Of a stretch of 64,000 nucleotides of DNA, positions 8,486 through 18,070 are shown piece by piece. The stretch's first letter is position 1; each line of letters begins with the position of its first letter. Under the pieces are notes generated by a model. The model made no database searches. It saw nothing but the letters and a program-made list of their open reading frames with translations, and was not told where the DNA came from. Position numbers and translations under genes: made by a program. The stretch spans positions 59,096-123,095 of IMG/VR virus record IMGVR_UViG_3300029305_005988. One strand, written 5' to 3'. This stretch comes from a virus (Duplodnaviria; Heunggongvirae; Uroviricota; Caudoviricetes).

Positions 8486-8695
8486 ATGGCTAAAACTATG
8501 GAATTTACTTGTCCCGAATGTGGCGAAGATATTTTCATTGACGAGGTTGATGCAACGGTTGAGGATATGGTTGCCTATATCAAAATGACTTGTTGCAGTT
8601 GTGGAGCAGAATGGACTGATACCTTTCGCTTGACCTATAACGGATACGCTATGGGCAGTGAAGTTTGGGATAAGAATGGAGAGAAAATCGTATGA
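8486..8695 (+). CDS. zinc-ribbon protein (69 aa)
   Basis: CPECG...CCSCG; RBS gaggaagaagaaaatg. Confidence 0.5.
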   Translation: MAKTMEFTCPECGEDIFIDEVDATVEDMVAYIKMTCCSCGAEWTDTFRLTYNGYAMGSEVWDKNGEKIV

Positions 8696-8928
8696 CGGCA
8701 TATGAAGAATTGAAAGCGTGGTGCGAGAAACACCTTGGAGATAAATATAGAATAGAGATAATACCTGAAACAACTGAATATTATACAACAATGTATATTC
8801 TCAAGGGTGAGGAAGAGATATTTTACGCCGCCTTTGATGCCGAAGAATATTTCATTGGAATGAGCAGTGCCACTTGGGACGAGTTCCAAGAACATATTGA
8901 ATTGGCAGAAAGAGAGGGAAAAATATAA
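8692..8928 (+). CDS. hypothetical protein (78 aa)
   Basis: ORF, ATGA overlap. Confidence 0.5.
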   Translation: MTAYEELKAWCEKHLGDKYRIEIIPETTEYYTTMYILKGEEEIFYAAFDAEEYFIGMSSATWDEFQEHIELAEREGKI

Positions 8929-8948
8929 GCGCCAAACGCACTAAAAGA

Positions 8949-8976
8949 AAACAGAGGGTAAAGCCCTCTGTTTTTT
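8949..8976 (+). terminator. rho-independent terminator
   Basis: cagagggtaaagccctctg+ttttttat. Confidence 0.65.
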
Positions 8977-8989
8977 ATCTGCACCAATC

Positions 8990-9210
8990 GCGTTCACATC
9001 TTGTTCACAATTCGACGGGTCGCTAGCCATCGGCTAGCCCCGACTTCCACATTCCACTACCATTCCATATATACGCGATCGAAAAATGGTTGTTTCAATT
9101 TCACTCTCATTTTCCCGCAAACCTAGACCCTTGCTCTATACCGGGCGCCTGAACTAGCGCGGGCCGCGGACAATCGCGAAAGCCCGTCTAAGGCCTAGAC
9201 TAGCACCTTC
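8990..9210. repeat. GC-rich palindrome/iteron-like non-coding block (gctagccatcggctagc, cgcgggccgcg, cctagac x2)
   Basis: local GC well above the flanks; palindromes seen directly. Confidence 0.4.
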
Positions 9211-9587
9211 CATACTTTATACGCCAACTTTTGCTGTTTGTTTCATTTAATTATTTTCCTATAATTAGCATTTTTATCAATTTTTTCGCATAATATGTGA
9301 ATATTTTATCAAAAATGCCATGTTTTAATGTATTTTCCTTGTTTTAGTTCTTTCAATAGTGCTAAAATTTAATCACAGAAACAAAAATATGACAATGCGC
9401 GCCTAGATTCAAGAGAAAAAGTTGATTTTTAGTGAAAATTATGGTATAATATAAGTAGAAAATGAATAGTGGCGCAATAGCAAAGAAGGAGGTTGCTGTT
9501 GGGTCAAGAGAAGAAAGTTTTTAGGGAAGCCGTGACTTGGGGGTAGTGTAGGTGCGCATTTCCAAAATTTGGTAAAAATGTAAAAAT

Positions 9588-9618
9588 ATGGAAAGGCGCT
9601 TAATTCGCGCCTTTCTTT
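9588..9618. terminator. bidirectional terminator hairpin aaaggcgcttaattcgcgccttt
   Basis: T/A runs on both sides; closes minus-strand module. Confidence 0.5.
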
Positions 9619-9701
9619 AGTCTCCAGTCTGACACTAATATTGGACAGTCTCCAAACTCTGACTTAAAGCGCAAACGCGCCGCAGCAAAGTATCCTTTTT
9701 C

Positions 9702-10274
9702 TTTAGAGATGTCTTCGCCCTGCTCTTGACGATAAAAAGCATTAGCTGCTTCAGACTCAGATATATGTTCTTCAAACATAATTTGGCGCCAACGTTCTAG
9801 AATCTATTGATCAAGAGGTTCGTATGTGCTATACCATACCCAGCGCCTAACGCCATTAGATTCTCCATATTCATCAAATACGGGACCAACATAGCGCTTA
9901 CTTACACCCTGTACATTATCATGCCCATACTTCTCTCTGCCAAAAGCGCATAACGCTTCACGAGTAGTTTTAGCTTTGCTATTAGGCTTAAACTCAGTAC
10001 CAAGCGCAGCAATAGTAAACATCTTGTAATCTTCTTGTTTTTGCGCCGTAGAAATTAAATTCTTGCGCGGTAAAGGTTGATAGGTGCCATAAATCTCATT
10101 AATTTTAATACGAATTGGGCGCCCATCCAATAATTCATAGTCATAGAAGTTGCTAATATGTTCTAACAACTCTTCTCTACGGGACTCCCATTGATTCTTT
10201 TTAATACCTGTCAATAGCCAGAATTCTTTTTTAAAGTCATAAATGTGTCCTACTTCAATTTGCATATTATTCAC
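9702..10274 (-). CDS. hypothetical protein; in-frame TAG at 9804-9806 (157 aa to TAG, ~190 aa if read through to TAA 9702)
   Basis: ORF 9804-10274 plus 34 open codons after TAG; RBS aaaggagtgaataat. Confidence 0.45.
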
Positions 10275-10459
10275 TCCTTTCTTAATTGATAAATAGCAAC
10301 TTCTCCTGAAAATTTGTCCTTATCTATAATATATATAGGGACAAAAATTAGGGTAGAAGTTTCTCAGGAAGACTTCTTCCTATTCATATTTATATTAAAA
10401 AAGCAATAGATAAATTAACTAATTTTGACCAAGCGCCGAACCTCGATTTATACTTCTTA

Positions 10460-10590
10460 AACCTGGACCCGCGCCAAAAAAGAGGTATGCGTTAGCATAC
10501 CCCTAGGGCGCCGATCTCTCCTTTATATCGACGCCCTCTCCTTTATCTCCTAGTCCATAGTATTATTAACCTGGACCGGCGCTTACATCA
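10460..10590. repeat. direct repeats aacctggacc(c/g)gcgc x2 and ctctcctttat x2
   Basis: seen in intergenic region of minus module. Confidence 0.4.
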
Positions 10591-10945
10591 ATCCTTTGAA
10601 GAAATCTTCATCATTAAACTTCTCTTGCATCTTCAATAGCTGAACATACATAGGGATCATCTTCTCCATCTTAATGATTGCGGTCTCCAGCTCCTTGATA
10701 TCTTCTTCAGTCCACTCTTCTCCATCTTCAAAGAGGTCAAATGCCTCAGTATATGCGAGAACTGCATTAATCAAATAGGCGCGGCCTTCTTGGAGAAGAT
10801 CTTCTTTACTCTTTTGATTTGCAGCAGCTTCTTGCTCTGCGCGCAATGCTTCTTCTTGTCTAGCTTTTTCTGCGCGGATGTCGGCTAGCGTCTTTTCAAT
10901 TTCCTCTTCAGAAGCTCCATTCCAGATCATTTCTTCAATATTCAT
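10583..10945 (-). CDS. hypothetical acidic coiled-coil protein (120 aa)
   Basis: ORF; AT-rich-class promoter on minus strand at ~10955-11010. Confidence 0.5.
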   Translation of the reverse strand: MNIEEMIWNGASEEEIEKTLADIRAEKARQEEALRAEQEAAANQKSKEDLLQEGRAYLINAVLAYTEAFDLFEDGEEWTEEDIKELETAIIKMEKMIPMYVQLLKMQEKFNDEDFFKGLM

Positions 10946-10954
10946 TAGTTTATA

Positions 10955-11010
10955 TCTCCTTTACTTTTCTATATATATTATATCATATTTTTTATATTAT
11001 TTCAATAAGG
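10955..11010 (-). promoter_or_regulatory. minus-strand promoter (ttgaaataatataaaaaatatgatataat)
   Basis: reverse complement matches second promoter class. Confidence 0.45.
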
Positions 11011-11111
11011 AAGACGAAGACGAGGGATGGGAGATGGTGGTTCTGGAGTCGGTTGCACCACACATCCACACTCTCTTATGCTCTCTTATATTTTTTTATA
11101 TTTTCTTATAA

Positions 11112-11372
11112 TTATAATACAATCTCCCACCACTTTGTATCTTCACTTAATATTCCTTCTTCTTGCAATCTTACTGTATACCAATATCTTGCATCAATTT
11201 CTTTTAACATCTCTTCTCTATCCACATTGTTTTCAATCATATCTTCTAATCTTTCTATCCATTTATTCTATTCTTCTACTATTACCACTCCTGCATGACT
11301 TAAACAATTAATCTAATCTTCATATTCCTTTTTTGCTTCTGGATATTTCTCCAACAACTCTTTTAACATCAT
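11112..11372 (-). CDS. hypothetical protein (86 aa) with 2 in-frame TAG
   Basis: RBS aaggagggttatagaatgatg; MMLKELLEKYPEAKKEYED*INCLSHAGVVIVEE*NKWIERLEDMI...; ends TAA. Confidence 0.45.
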
Positions 11373-11386
11373 TCTATAACCCTCCT

Positions 11387-12099
11387 TAAAAATTAAATCC
11401 AGCAATTTTCTTCTTTATCTCATCCTCATCTTGATCGTGGACGCAGTCCACGGGAGGGATAGACGAAGTCTTTCCCGACAAATTCTAATTATAATCATAA
11501 TTCTAATTATAATCATAATTCTAATAAGGAAACTTTGGAAACTTGGAAACATTTCCAGTTTCCTTAATTCCATCACAACTTTCCAAACTTTCTTGGAAAC
11601 TTTCAGAAACATTATCTACAATTTCCATATTTCCTAATGTTTCCAAACTTTCTTGGAAATTTCCAATGTTTCCAGAAATTTCTGGAAACTTTCCTAATGT
11701 TTCCTTATTTTCCAGTAAATGTGGAAACTCTGTGCGGATTTTTGTAAACATTTTTGATACTGCTGGCGGCTGAACTCCAAGCTCGCGGGCAATTGCCGCC
11801 TGTGTCATACCACTATTTTTCATTTCAATAATTCTACGATATTTCTCTTCAGAAGCAGCTATTTTAGCATCGTACCTATTCTTGCTTTGCGCAATTCTAT
11901 CTACATATCCTTCAAGAGCATCTTCAATATTCATATCATCACTACTAATATCTCCAGTAAGTATAGCTTCTAAAAAACTAATTGCATACTCTCCACCTTT
12001 AACAGGGTCTCTTTGATACCACTTCTTTGCCGTTTCAAACATCTTTCCATATACAATACCACTTTTTCTTACAGGATTGTTTTTAAACTCTTTAATCAT
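11387..12099 (-). CDS. HTH-containing protein (MTQAAIARELGV) with repetitive C-terminal tail; TAG at 11521-11523 (core 11521-12099 = 192 aa)
   Basis: ORF 11521-12099; if TAG is sense, extends through 18-bp tandem repeats (QNYDYN x2) to TAA abutting next RBS. Confidence 0.5.
11461..11520. repeat. 18-bp tandem repeat aattctaattataatcat x~3
   Basis: seen directly. Confidence 0.7.
11530..11700. repeat. repeat-rich block (ttccaaactttcttggaaa / tttccagaaatttctggaaa variants)
   Basis: multiple direct/inverted copies seen; encodes SFQESLE-type repeats. Confidence 0.6.
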
Positions 12100-12123
12100 T
12101 TCCGATACCTCCGATCCCTTATT

Positions 12124-12300
12124 TTAAACCTAAGACAATTTGCGCATAGCCTCTTGTAACTCAAGACTATCTTCAAATACATAATTATCAAAATAAGGCT
12201 TCTTCTCGTCAGGTACCACTCTAATAATCTTAAATCCCAACTTGCGCAATTCATACGCCATTTTTCGAGTGTAAATCACTCTTTCATTCATTTGATCCAT
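12124..12300 (-). CDS. hypothetical small protein (~58 aa); TAG-GTT-TAA at 3' end
   Basis: MDQMNERVIYTRKMAYELRKLGFKII...; starts overlapping previous TGA. Confidence 0.4.
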
Positions 12301-12484
12301 TTCCGTTTACGCGGCGCAAATAGTTCTCTAATTGCTACTTCACCCAAGCGGCAGGCGCATCCCTGTTGATAAACTTATAAAGCTAATCAGGATTATCTAA
12401 TTTTGCCTCTTGCGCAATCAACTTATAAGTATAACCTTTTACGCGCATCTCCTTTAACTAAAATATTATTTCTTCACGAGTCAT
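12288..12484 (-). CDS. small HTH protein (65 aa) with 3 in-frame TAG
   Basis: MTREEIIF*LKEMRVKGYTYKLIAQEAKLDNPD*LYKFINRDAPAAWVK*QLENYL...; RBS gaaaggagttagaaatg. Confidence 0.45.
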
Positions 12485-12509
12485 TTCTAACTCCTTTCAC
12501 TATTATATA

Positions 12510-12580
12510 AAAATTAAGGTAGTAATTGTATCTATTTTTGTCCAAATTTTTTACCATAATACTACCTTAATTTGCCAATT
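12510..12580. repeat. inverted repeat aaggtagta...tactacctt (9-bp arms)
   Basis: seen; possible operator/terminator between minus genes. Confidence 0.4.
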
Positions 12581-12745
12581 TTTCGACGATATGTTCTTTT
12601 CATGTTTTTTCTTATCTCGTCATCTTTAATTGATCTGCAACAATCTGTTGTTATTCCACCTTTTTTCAAAAGCAAATTCAATTAAAATCGTAACAAAATC
12701 GTGTTGGTTTGAAATGCGCCTAATCTTGCCCATTGGCGCCTTTTA

Positions 12746-13102
12746 TTAACAGCCATAAGTCTTCTTTATATCATGAGTAGCATATTCCAAATGGTCAGTC
12801 ATTGCGCGAATATTTGAAAGATCAAACTGTGTAACAACCTCATCTTCATTCTAATCTAATCGCCGCTCTAAAGCATTTACTCTATCCACTAACTTATCTA
12901 CATTAGCTTCAGCGCTAATTAATCTCCAAATCAAATCTCGTAAATCATAATCAGCATCTCCAATGTGAATGATAATAGTCTGCTCTCGAAGAATAGATCT
13001 TGGAAGACCACTTAACATCTCATAATCAATCACTTCTTGTTCACATGTAATATCAACAGGCTAAGACATAAAAATCTCTTTATCAAAACTATCTATCATC
13101 AT
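12746..13102 (-). CDS. hypothetical protein with 2 in-frame TAG (ORF 12851-13033 extended both ways)
   Basis: MMIDSFDKEIFMS*PVDITCEQEVIDYEMLSGL...RRLD*NEDEVVTQF...; ATGA overlap with upstream gene. Confidence 0.4.
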
Positions 13103-13515
13103 TCTACCTCTCTTTTATAGTGTAGTGTTTTAAGCGCCGATCGTAGCTCAGAGCATTCTTTTTTAGGCACAAAATTCTTCTTAAGGTCATTGATTTGCGC
13201 ATCTATCCTCTTAATTTCTGTAATAAGGCTATCAGTTATATTTTCAATAGCATAGTCATTAGCCTTAATAACTCCACTACAATACAAATTACCGCTATTC
13301 GCACTAGCTATTCCATAAGCGGTGTTGCTTCCTTCAGTTGCTAAATCAAAAGTACAATCAACCTCCGTCGCAGAGTCCGCGCTGAGACTTAAACTGCAAT
13401 CTTTAATATATCCCTTCATTACCTCATCACCGTTTGCACTATAACAAGCAACCGAGTAGGGTCTATTAAAACTATCTCCAAACCATGCTTCATTTGTTTT
13501 CTACCAAATAGCCAT
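13099..13515 (-). CDS. hypothetical protein (138 aa) with TAG at codon 5; C-terminal LKTLHYKREVE motif
   Basis: MAIW*KTNEAWF... joins ORF 13099-13419; C-terminus shared with 32256-32477. Confidence 0.5.
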
Positions 13516-13516
13516 T

Positions 13517-13994
13517 ATTTACCTCCACTCTTTTCGCTACAAATTCCAATATTTATCATATAATCCAATAACCCCAACTGTTTTATAATGGTGCGCTCGG
13601 CGCCTTCAGGCAGCTTGTGGTCAAAAAATAATTTAATTTCATAGTTATCTCTTTCAAATGGCGACAATGCTTCAACTTCTCCCTGCTCATAATCAATAAC
13701 TAAAAGCTAATCTCCATTATCGAAACAGGTAATCACTTTTCCATCTAATTGAAGCGCACTTTTTATTCCAATTTCAGCTTTAGCATGTGCCTCTATATCC
13801 ATTTGCGCAAGGTCTTGAATATATTTACTGCCTTTTGCGCCAATCATAATGTATTTAGTTGGAGTATATGGTGTAAAATCTATGCTTTCTTTCTCGCAAA
13901 GCCGCTATAGGCGCCGATTCTTCACTATTAGTCGCCCATAGTCAAACCCAATATATGTCAATATCAAAAATAAAAACAATCCCGTCCAGAACAT
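13517..13994 (-). CDS. membrane-anchored hypothetical protein (~159 aa) with 2 in-frame TAG
   Basis: MFWTGLFLFLILTYIGF... hydrophobic N-terminus; RBS aaaaggagaagcagatg. Confidence 0.4.
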
Positions 13995-14109
13995 CTGCTT
14001 CTCCTTTTATCTCTTTAATCTTTTATACACTTTAATTATACAATAAAATTAAAATAAAGTCAAGTGTTCCTTCCCATCAGCACCTTTTCAATTACCTTTT
14101 ATTTTCTAA

Positions 14110-14160
14110 TTGATTTTTTGAAAAAAATATGATAAAATATATGTGTAAATAAAAGAAAGA
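14110..14160 (+). promoter_or_regulatory. AT-rich-class promoter (ttgattttttgaaaaaaatatgataaaat)
   Basis: second promoter class consensus TTGATTTTTAATAAAAATTATGWTATAAT. Confidence 0.5.
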
Positions 14161-14174
14161 GAGGAAATGAATAA

Positions 14175-14486
14175 ATGAGTATTCGAGTAAATGCAATTCA
14201 TGTTATTAACATTGACGACATTTGTGACGAATTCAATACTTCTGGTAGAGATTATAAATTTTTAGAGGGCGCCGAAAATGGTAGTTATACATTTTTAAAC
14301 ACAGACGAAGATGCTCTTGAAGAAGCTCGTAATGAACTTGATGCTGCAATGGAAAGATGCGCTCAATCTGAAAGCAAAATATGGGAAAGTAAAAAGTTAT
14401 ATGAAGCAGAAGTAATGTATGACCTCATTAACTATTTACACTATGCTGGTTATAAAGACGGCGTTCTTGTTTACACAGCTTGGTAA
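14175..14486 (+). CDS. hypothetical protein (103 aa)
   Basis: ORF+RBS. Confidence 0.5.
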   Translation: MSIRVNAIHVINIDDICDEFNTSGRDYKFLEGAENGSYTFLNTDEDALEEARNELDAAMERCAQSESKIWESKKLYEAEVMYDLINYLHYAGYKDGVLVYTAW

Positions 14487-14528
14487 GCGCACTGGAAAAA
14501 TTTGGAAATTCGCAAAGGAGTAGTTAAT

Positions 14529-14771
14529 ATGAATACCATCAAAGTAACTGTTGGAAATCATTTTTATCATGGAGTTATTGAAGAATTTATCTGCTCAAAT
14601 GTAGATATCTCTGATCTTGAAGAAATGGAATATTGCGCAGAAGAATGCGTAGGTCAATATATGGAAATGCATGAGGATATCGCGCACGGCTATTGCCCCG
14701 ATGTCTCATATGAAGATCTCGTAGAAGCGTGTTATTATTCTATTGAGGAGGTTAATACAAATGAACTTTAA
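14529..14771 (+). CDS. hypothetical acidic protein (80 aa)
   Basis: RBS aaaggagtagttaatatg. Confidence 0.45.
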   Translation: MNTIKVTVGNHFYHGVIEEFICSNVDISDLEEMEYCAEECVGQYMEMHEDIAHGYCPDVSYEDLVEACYYSIEEVNTNEL

Positions 14772-14973
14772 TATCCTTAATATGGCAATAGCAGAGCATT
14801 ATGAAAAAGTTGAAAATGCTATCAATTATCTTGTAGATCTTTATTATGATGACTATGATATTACAAATCCTCTTATTTTTAACCAAGTAATGACACGCTA
14901 TGGTCTTGATGATGACGGCTTTGAATCAGAAAGAGAGCATATCATGCAAGAGGTGGAAAGGAGAATTAAATAA
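14761..14973 (+). CDS. hypothetical protein (70 aa)
   Basis: RBS gaggaggttaatacaaatg. Confidence 0.45.
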   Translation: MNFNILNMAIAEHYEKVENAINYLVDLYYDDYDITNPLIFNQVMTRYGLDDDGFESEREHIMQEVERRIK

Positions 14974-14974
14974 A

Positions 14975-15247
14975 ATGTGGACAATTTTTATATCTTGTTG
15001 TGCAGTTATATTTATTATAGTTTTAATCTGTCTTCTTGTGAGAGATGTTCGTGAAAAGAAAACAAATCCTCCTCAAGAGATTAAAGAAACACACACTCGA
15101 TTATTGAAAGCAACCTGTAATAGATGTAATCGTAAATTTTATGTTTCCGAAAAAGACGCTCTTGCTCAATATGATTATGGAACAAAGTTTCTTATAGCCT
15201 GCCCACATTGTGGAAAACTTATGAAAGTAAAAGTTAAGGAGGAATAA
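14975..15247 (+). CDS. TM + C-terminal zinc-ribbon protein (90 aa)
   Basis: hydrophobic N-term, CNRCN...CPHCG. Confidence 0.45.
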   Translation: MWTIFISCCAVIFIIVLICLLVRDVREKKTNPPQEIKETHTRLLKATCNRCNRKFYVSEKDALAQYDYGTKFLIACPHCGKLMKVKVKEE

Positions 15248-15249
15248 AA

Positions 15250-15414
15250 ATGGTTCAAGGTGTTTGTAGCAATTGCGGCGCTAGTTTCTATCTTAATCTA
15301 GAAACAATTAAAGAATATGCACAAGAGCATAATCAAAAATTAAATGAGGGTGTTGAAGTATGGTGTCCTCATTGCAATGCAGTGCATCTGCTTCGTTTAG
15401 AAGATAAATAGTGA
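15250..15414 (+). CDS. zinc-ribbon protein (54 aa); ends ...TAG TGA
   Basis: CSNCG...CPHCN; TAG immediately followed by TGA. Confidence 0.45.
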
Positions 15415-15416
15415 TT

Positions 15417-15450
15417 AAAAGAGGCGCATACGCGCCTCTTTTATTTTTGT
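15417..15450 (+). terminator. rho-independent terminator
   Basis: aaaagaggcgcatacgcgcctctttt+attttt. Confidence 0.65.
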
Positions 15451-15513
15451 TGATTTTTTATTTTTTTTATGTTATAATATACATATAAGAAAAAACAAAG
15501 AAAGAGAAATAAT

Positions 15514-16305
15514 ATGACTAAACAAGAAGTGTTTAAATATCTCTTAAAAGCAATTCCTTATTTTGACGAAAATTTTTGCGATGAAAATAGAGATGAATAT
15601 ATTGATATTCCTTTACAAAAAGCACACCTCCCTTTTGAATATTCAATAGAAAGTGGAATTACAAAAACAGTAATTCTTATCAAGGGCGCCAACTTTGTAA
15701 TCAAGATTCCTTTTACTTGTTGGTTTAATGAAGATCAATTTGATGAAGAACTAAATGACTGGCATTATCAAATGGAGGAACTTCAAGAAAAAGAGCGTGA
15801 GAACTTTATTATTGATAATCCTGAGCCTTGTTGTACCGATGAACGCTGGTTTTATGAATTCTTTGGAGCCTATCATGATGGATTAAATGAAGAGTTTTCA
15901 GGCTTTGACTATTGTCACCTTGAATCTGCAATTTACAGACAAGCGGTAGAAGAAGGTCTTGGCGCCTATTTTGCAGAAGAAGGCGCGCTTGGGGAAATAG
16001 ATGATACAACCATCTATTATCAAACGAGATGCACTCCTGTTAGCTCTCTTGAGATTGATTACAATAGTCAAGAGTATCAAAAGAAAAGTAAACTTTCAAA
16101 AGACCTCTGTAAGAAACTTGAAATTGATTGTTTTCATCCTATTTGGATTGCTGATTTTGTTGAACGCTATGGTGCGGCTGAGTTTAAACGCCTTTATTCT
16201 TTCTTGGAGTTTTATCAAATTGGCGATTTGCGATCTTGCAACATTGGCTATCTTGATGGCGCGCCAATCTTGTTTGATTATTCAGGATATAGAGAGTGGG
16301 ATTAA
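15514..16305 (+). CDS. hypothetical protein (263 aa)
   Basis: long ORF with promoter+RBS; no motif recognised. Confidence 0.55.
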   Translation: MTKQEVFKYLLKAIPYFDENFCDENRDEYIDIPLQKAHLPFEYSIESGITKTVILIKGANFVIKIPFTCWFNEDQFDEELNDWHYQMEELQEKERENFIIDNPEPCCTDERWFYEFFGAYHDGLNEEFSGFDYCHLESAIYRQAVEEGLGAYFAEEGALGEIDDTTIYYQTRCTPVSSLEIDYNSQEYQKKSKLSKDLCKKLEIDCFHPIWIADFVERYGAAEFKRLYSFLEFYQIGDLRSCNIGYLDGAPILFDYSGYREWD

Positions 16306-16507
16306 AAAGATAGATTAATGGTTCCGCCTTGAAAAACTTAAAATTTTTTGATATAATAATAATGTAAGATAAAGAAAGCGAAAGAATAAAGAGTTAATAA
16401 AAGTTGCTTCTGAGTTCAGATGCTTTCAGTTGAAAAAATAAAAAATTTTTGGTATAATAAAATCACCAAATAAAAATAATATTTAATTAAAAAAGGAGAA
16501 ACAAAAA

Positions 16508-16897
16508 ATGGCAGAGATTAAGAGAACCACAGCTATGAAGCTCAATGAATGGAAGGAGCTTTACGCAGACAACGCAGAGTTTGTTGAGTACGCAGAGAAT
16601 GAGCTTGCAAAGCTCGAGAAGAAGAACGCAAAGGCAAGAGAGCGTGCAGCAGAGAAGAGAGCTATCGGCGACGAGCTTCAGGCTTCTGTTCTTGCTACAA
16701 TTACCGCTGATCCTAAGACTCGTGACGACATTCTTGCAGAGGTTGTTGAGGCAACTGGCGATGAAGAGCTCACGGTTGGTAAGATTCAGTCTAAGCTCAA
16801 CAACATCGTTGAGGCTGGTCAGGCTTCTAAGTGCAAGGTTAAGACCGAAGATGGCAAGACCAAGACTGCTTATACGCTTCCCGTTGACGCAGAGTAA
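16508..16897 (+). CDS. small-protein paralog family member
   Basis: see 6492-6902; two upstream promoters. Confidence 0.55.
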   Translation: MAEIKRTTAMKLNEWKELYADNAEFVEYAENELAKLEKKNAKARERAAEKRAIGDELQASVLATITADPKTRDDILAEVVEATGDEELTVGKIQSKLNNIVEAGQASKCKVKTEDGKTKTAYTLPVDAE

Positions 16898-16915
16898 TTT
16901 GATTTAAGAAAAAAG

Positions 16916-16957
16916 TAAAAACAACAACTCCTTAAAAAGGAGTTGTTGTTTTTTATT
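16916..16957 (+). terminator. strong rho-independent terminator
   Basis: aaaaacaacaactcctt aaaa aggagttgttgtttttt. Confidence 0.75.
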
Positions 16958-17020
16958 TGATTTTTAATAAAAAGTATGTTATAATATATTATAAAATAAA
17001 TTAAAAGGAGAAATAAAAAG

Positions 17021-17329
17021 ATGGCACGCGGAGCTGAAGCAAAAGCAAAAATCCAGAAACAAATTCTTGAGGCTTTCCCTGGAAGCTTCACATACAATGA
17101 CGGTAAAGAAATTCGTATTCCCACTCCCGAGGGCGCTGAAGTGGTTCAGATTAAGGTTGTTCTTACTTGCGCCAAAGAGAATGTGGAAATGGGCGCTGAT
17201 AATGCAATGCCTGGCGACTTCCCTGCACCAAAGATGACTGCGCCGACCCCTGAGCGCACTGAACCTGTGAAGCCTTCAGAAACCGAGAAGCAAGCAGTTG
17301 CAGATCTCTTAAAGTCTTTAGGTCTTTGA
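17021..17329 (+). CDS. hypothetical protein (102 aa; MARGAEAKAKI..., Pro-rich C-half)
   Basis: ORF+RBS. Confidence 0.5.
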   Translation: MARGAEAKAKIQKQILEAFPGSFTYNDGKEIRIPTPEGAEVVQIKVVLTCAKENVEMGADNAMPGDFPAPKMTAPTPERTEPVKPSETEKQAVADLLKSLGL

Positions 17330-17355
17330 TTTCAAAAACAGAAAGGAGAGATATT

Positions 17356-17655
17356 ATGGTAAGACCCGCAAAATTACTGAAATATGTTGAATGGCAAGAT
17401 GCAGGTGGAAATTGGTTGTGTAATGACACCTCTGATCTATGCAGTCCACGCGCCTTATGGTGGGTGCCGGCGCGAATGCTTAATATCTCTCCCGAAGAGT
17501 ATGTTCAGCTATTGATTGAGCAATTTCATCCAGATCGTATTCAATATTTCCAAGATACCGATGTTCTTGTTTACTCTTGGAAGAATATTAACGACATGAG
17601 AAAGTATAAGAACTGGTTAAACGCACAAGCAAGAAAATATCAATATATCATTTAA
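17356..17655 (+). CDS. hypothetical protein (99 aa)
   Basis: RBS gaaaggagagatattatg. Confidence 0.5.
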   Translation: MVRPAKLLKYVEWQDAGGNWLCNDTSDLCSPRALWWVPARMLNISPEEYVQLLIEQFHPDRIQYFQDTDVLVYSWKNINDMRKYKNWLNAQARKYQYII

Positions 17656-17733
17656 TAATAGTAATCTTAATTGATTTTATTAAAAAAATTTGATATAATA
17701 TATATGTAATAATGAGAAAGGAAGAAAAAACAA

Positions 17734-18024
17734 ATGGAAAATAATGAACGAGTATTCTATCATTATCGAGTTAAGTGGTATTATGATAGTAAACCAACCT
17801 TTAGCGAGGGATTTCTTTTTGCATATGGAGTCTCTGAAGCGGCGGCAATCATTGATGAAAGTTTTGATTGTATTGACGAGGTTAAGCTTTCCGCAATTTG
17901 TGATGGAAGACTGCTTGATTTTGAAGACCTTCTTGATTATTTGCAAGGTGAATACAATATAAATAAGGCGCTTGGCCCTCAGGTTTACGAAGCAATTCAA
18001 AACGCGATAGAAGTAAAAGAATAA
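17734..18024 (+). CDS. hypothetical protein (96 aa)
   Basis: ORF+promoter. Confidence 0.5.
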   Translation: MENNERVFYHYRVKWYYDSKPTFSEGFLFAYGVSEAAAIIDESFDCIDEVKLSAICDGRLLDFEDLLDYLQGEYNINKALGPQVYEAIQNAIEVKE

Positions 18025-18070
18025 TAAAATCCGCGCGAGCGGATTACATAGAGTATAATGGAGGTAAAAA

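Noticed and set aside
9463-9550. Short ORF MNSGAIAKKEVAVGSREESF(*)... after the promoter at 9430
   Set aside because: Requires TAG read-through, then hits a second TAG and stops. No RBS of the usual strength. More likely an untranslated leader ahead of the terminator at 9588.
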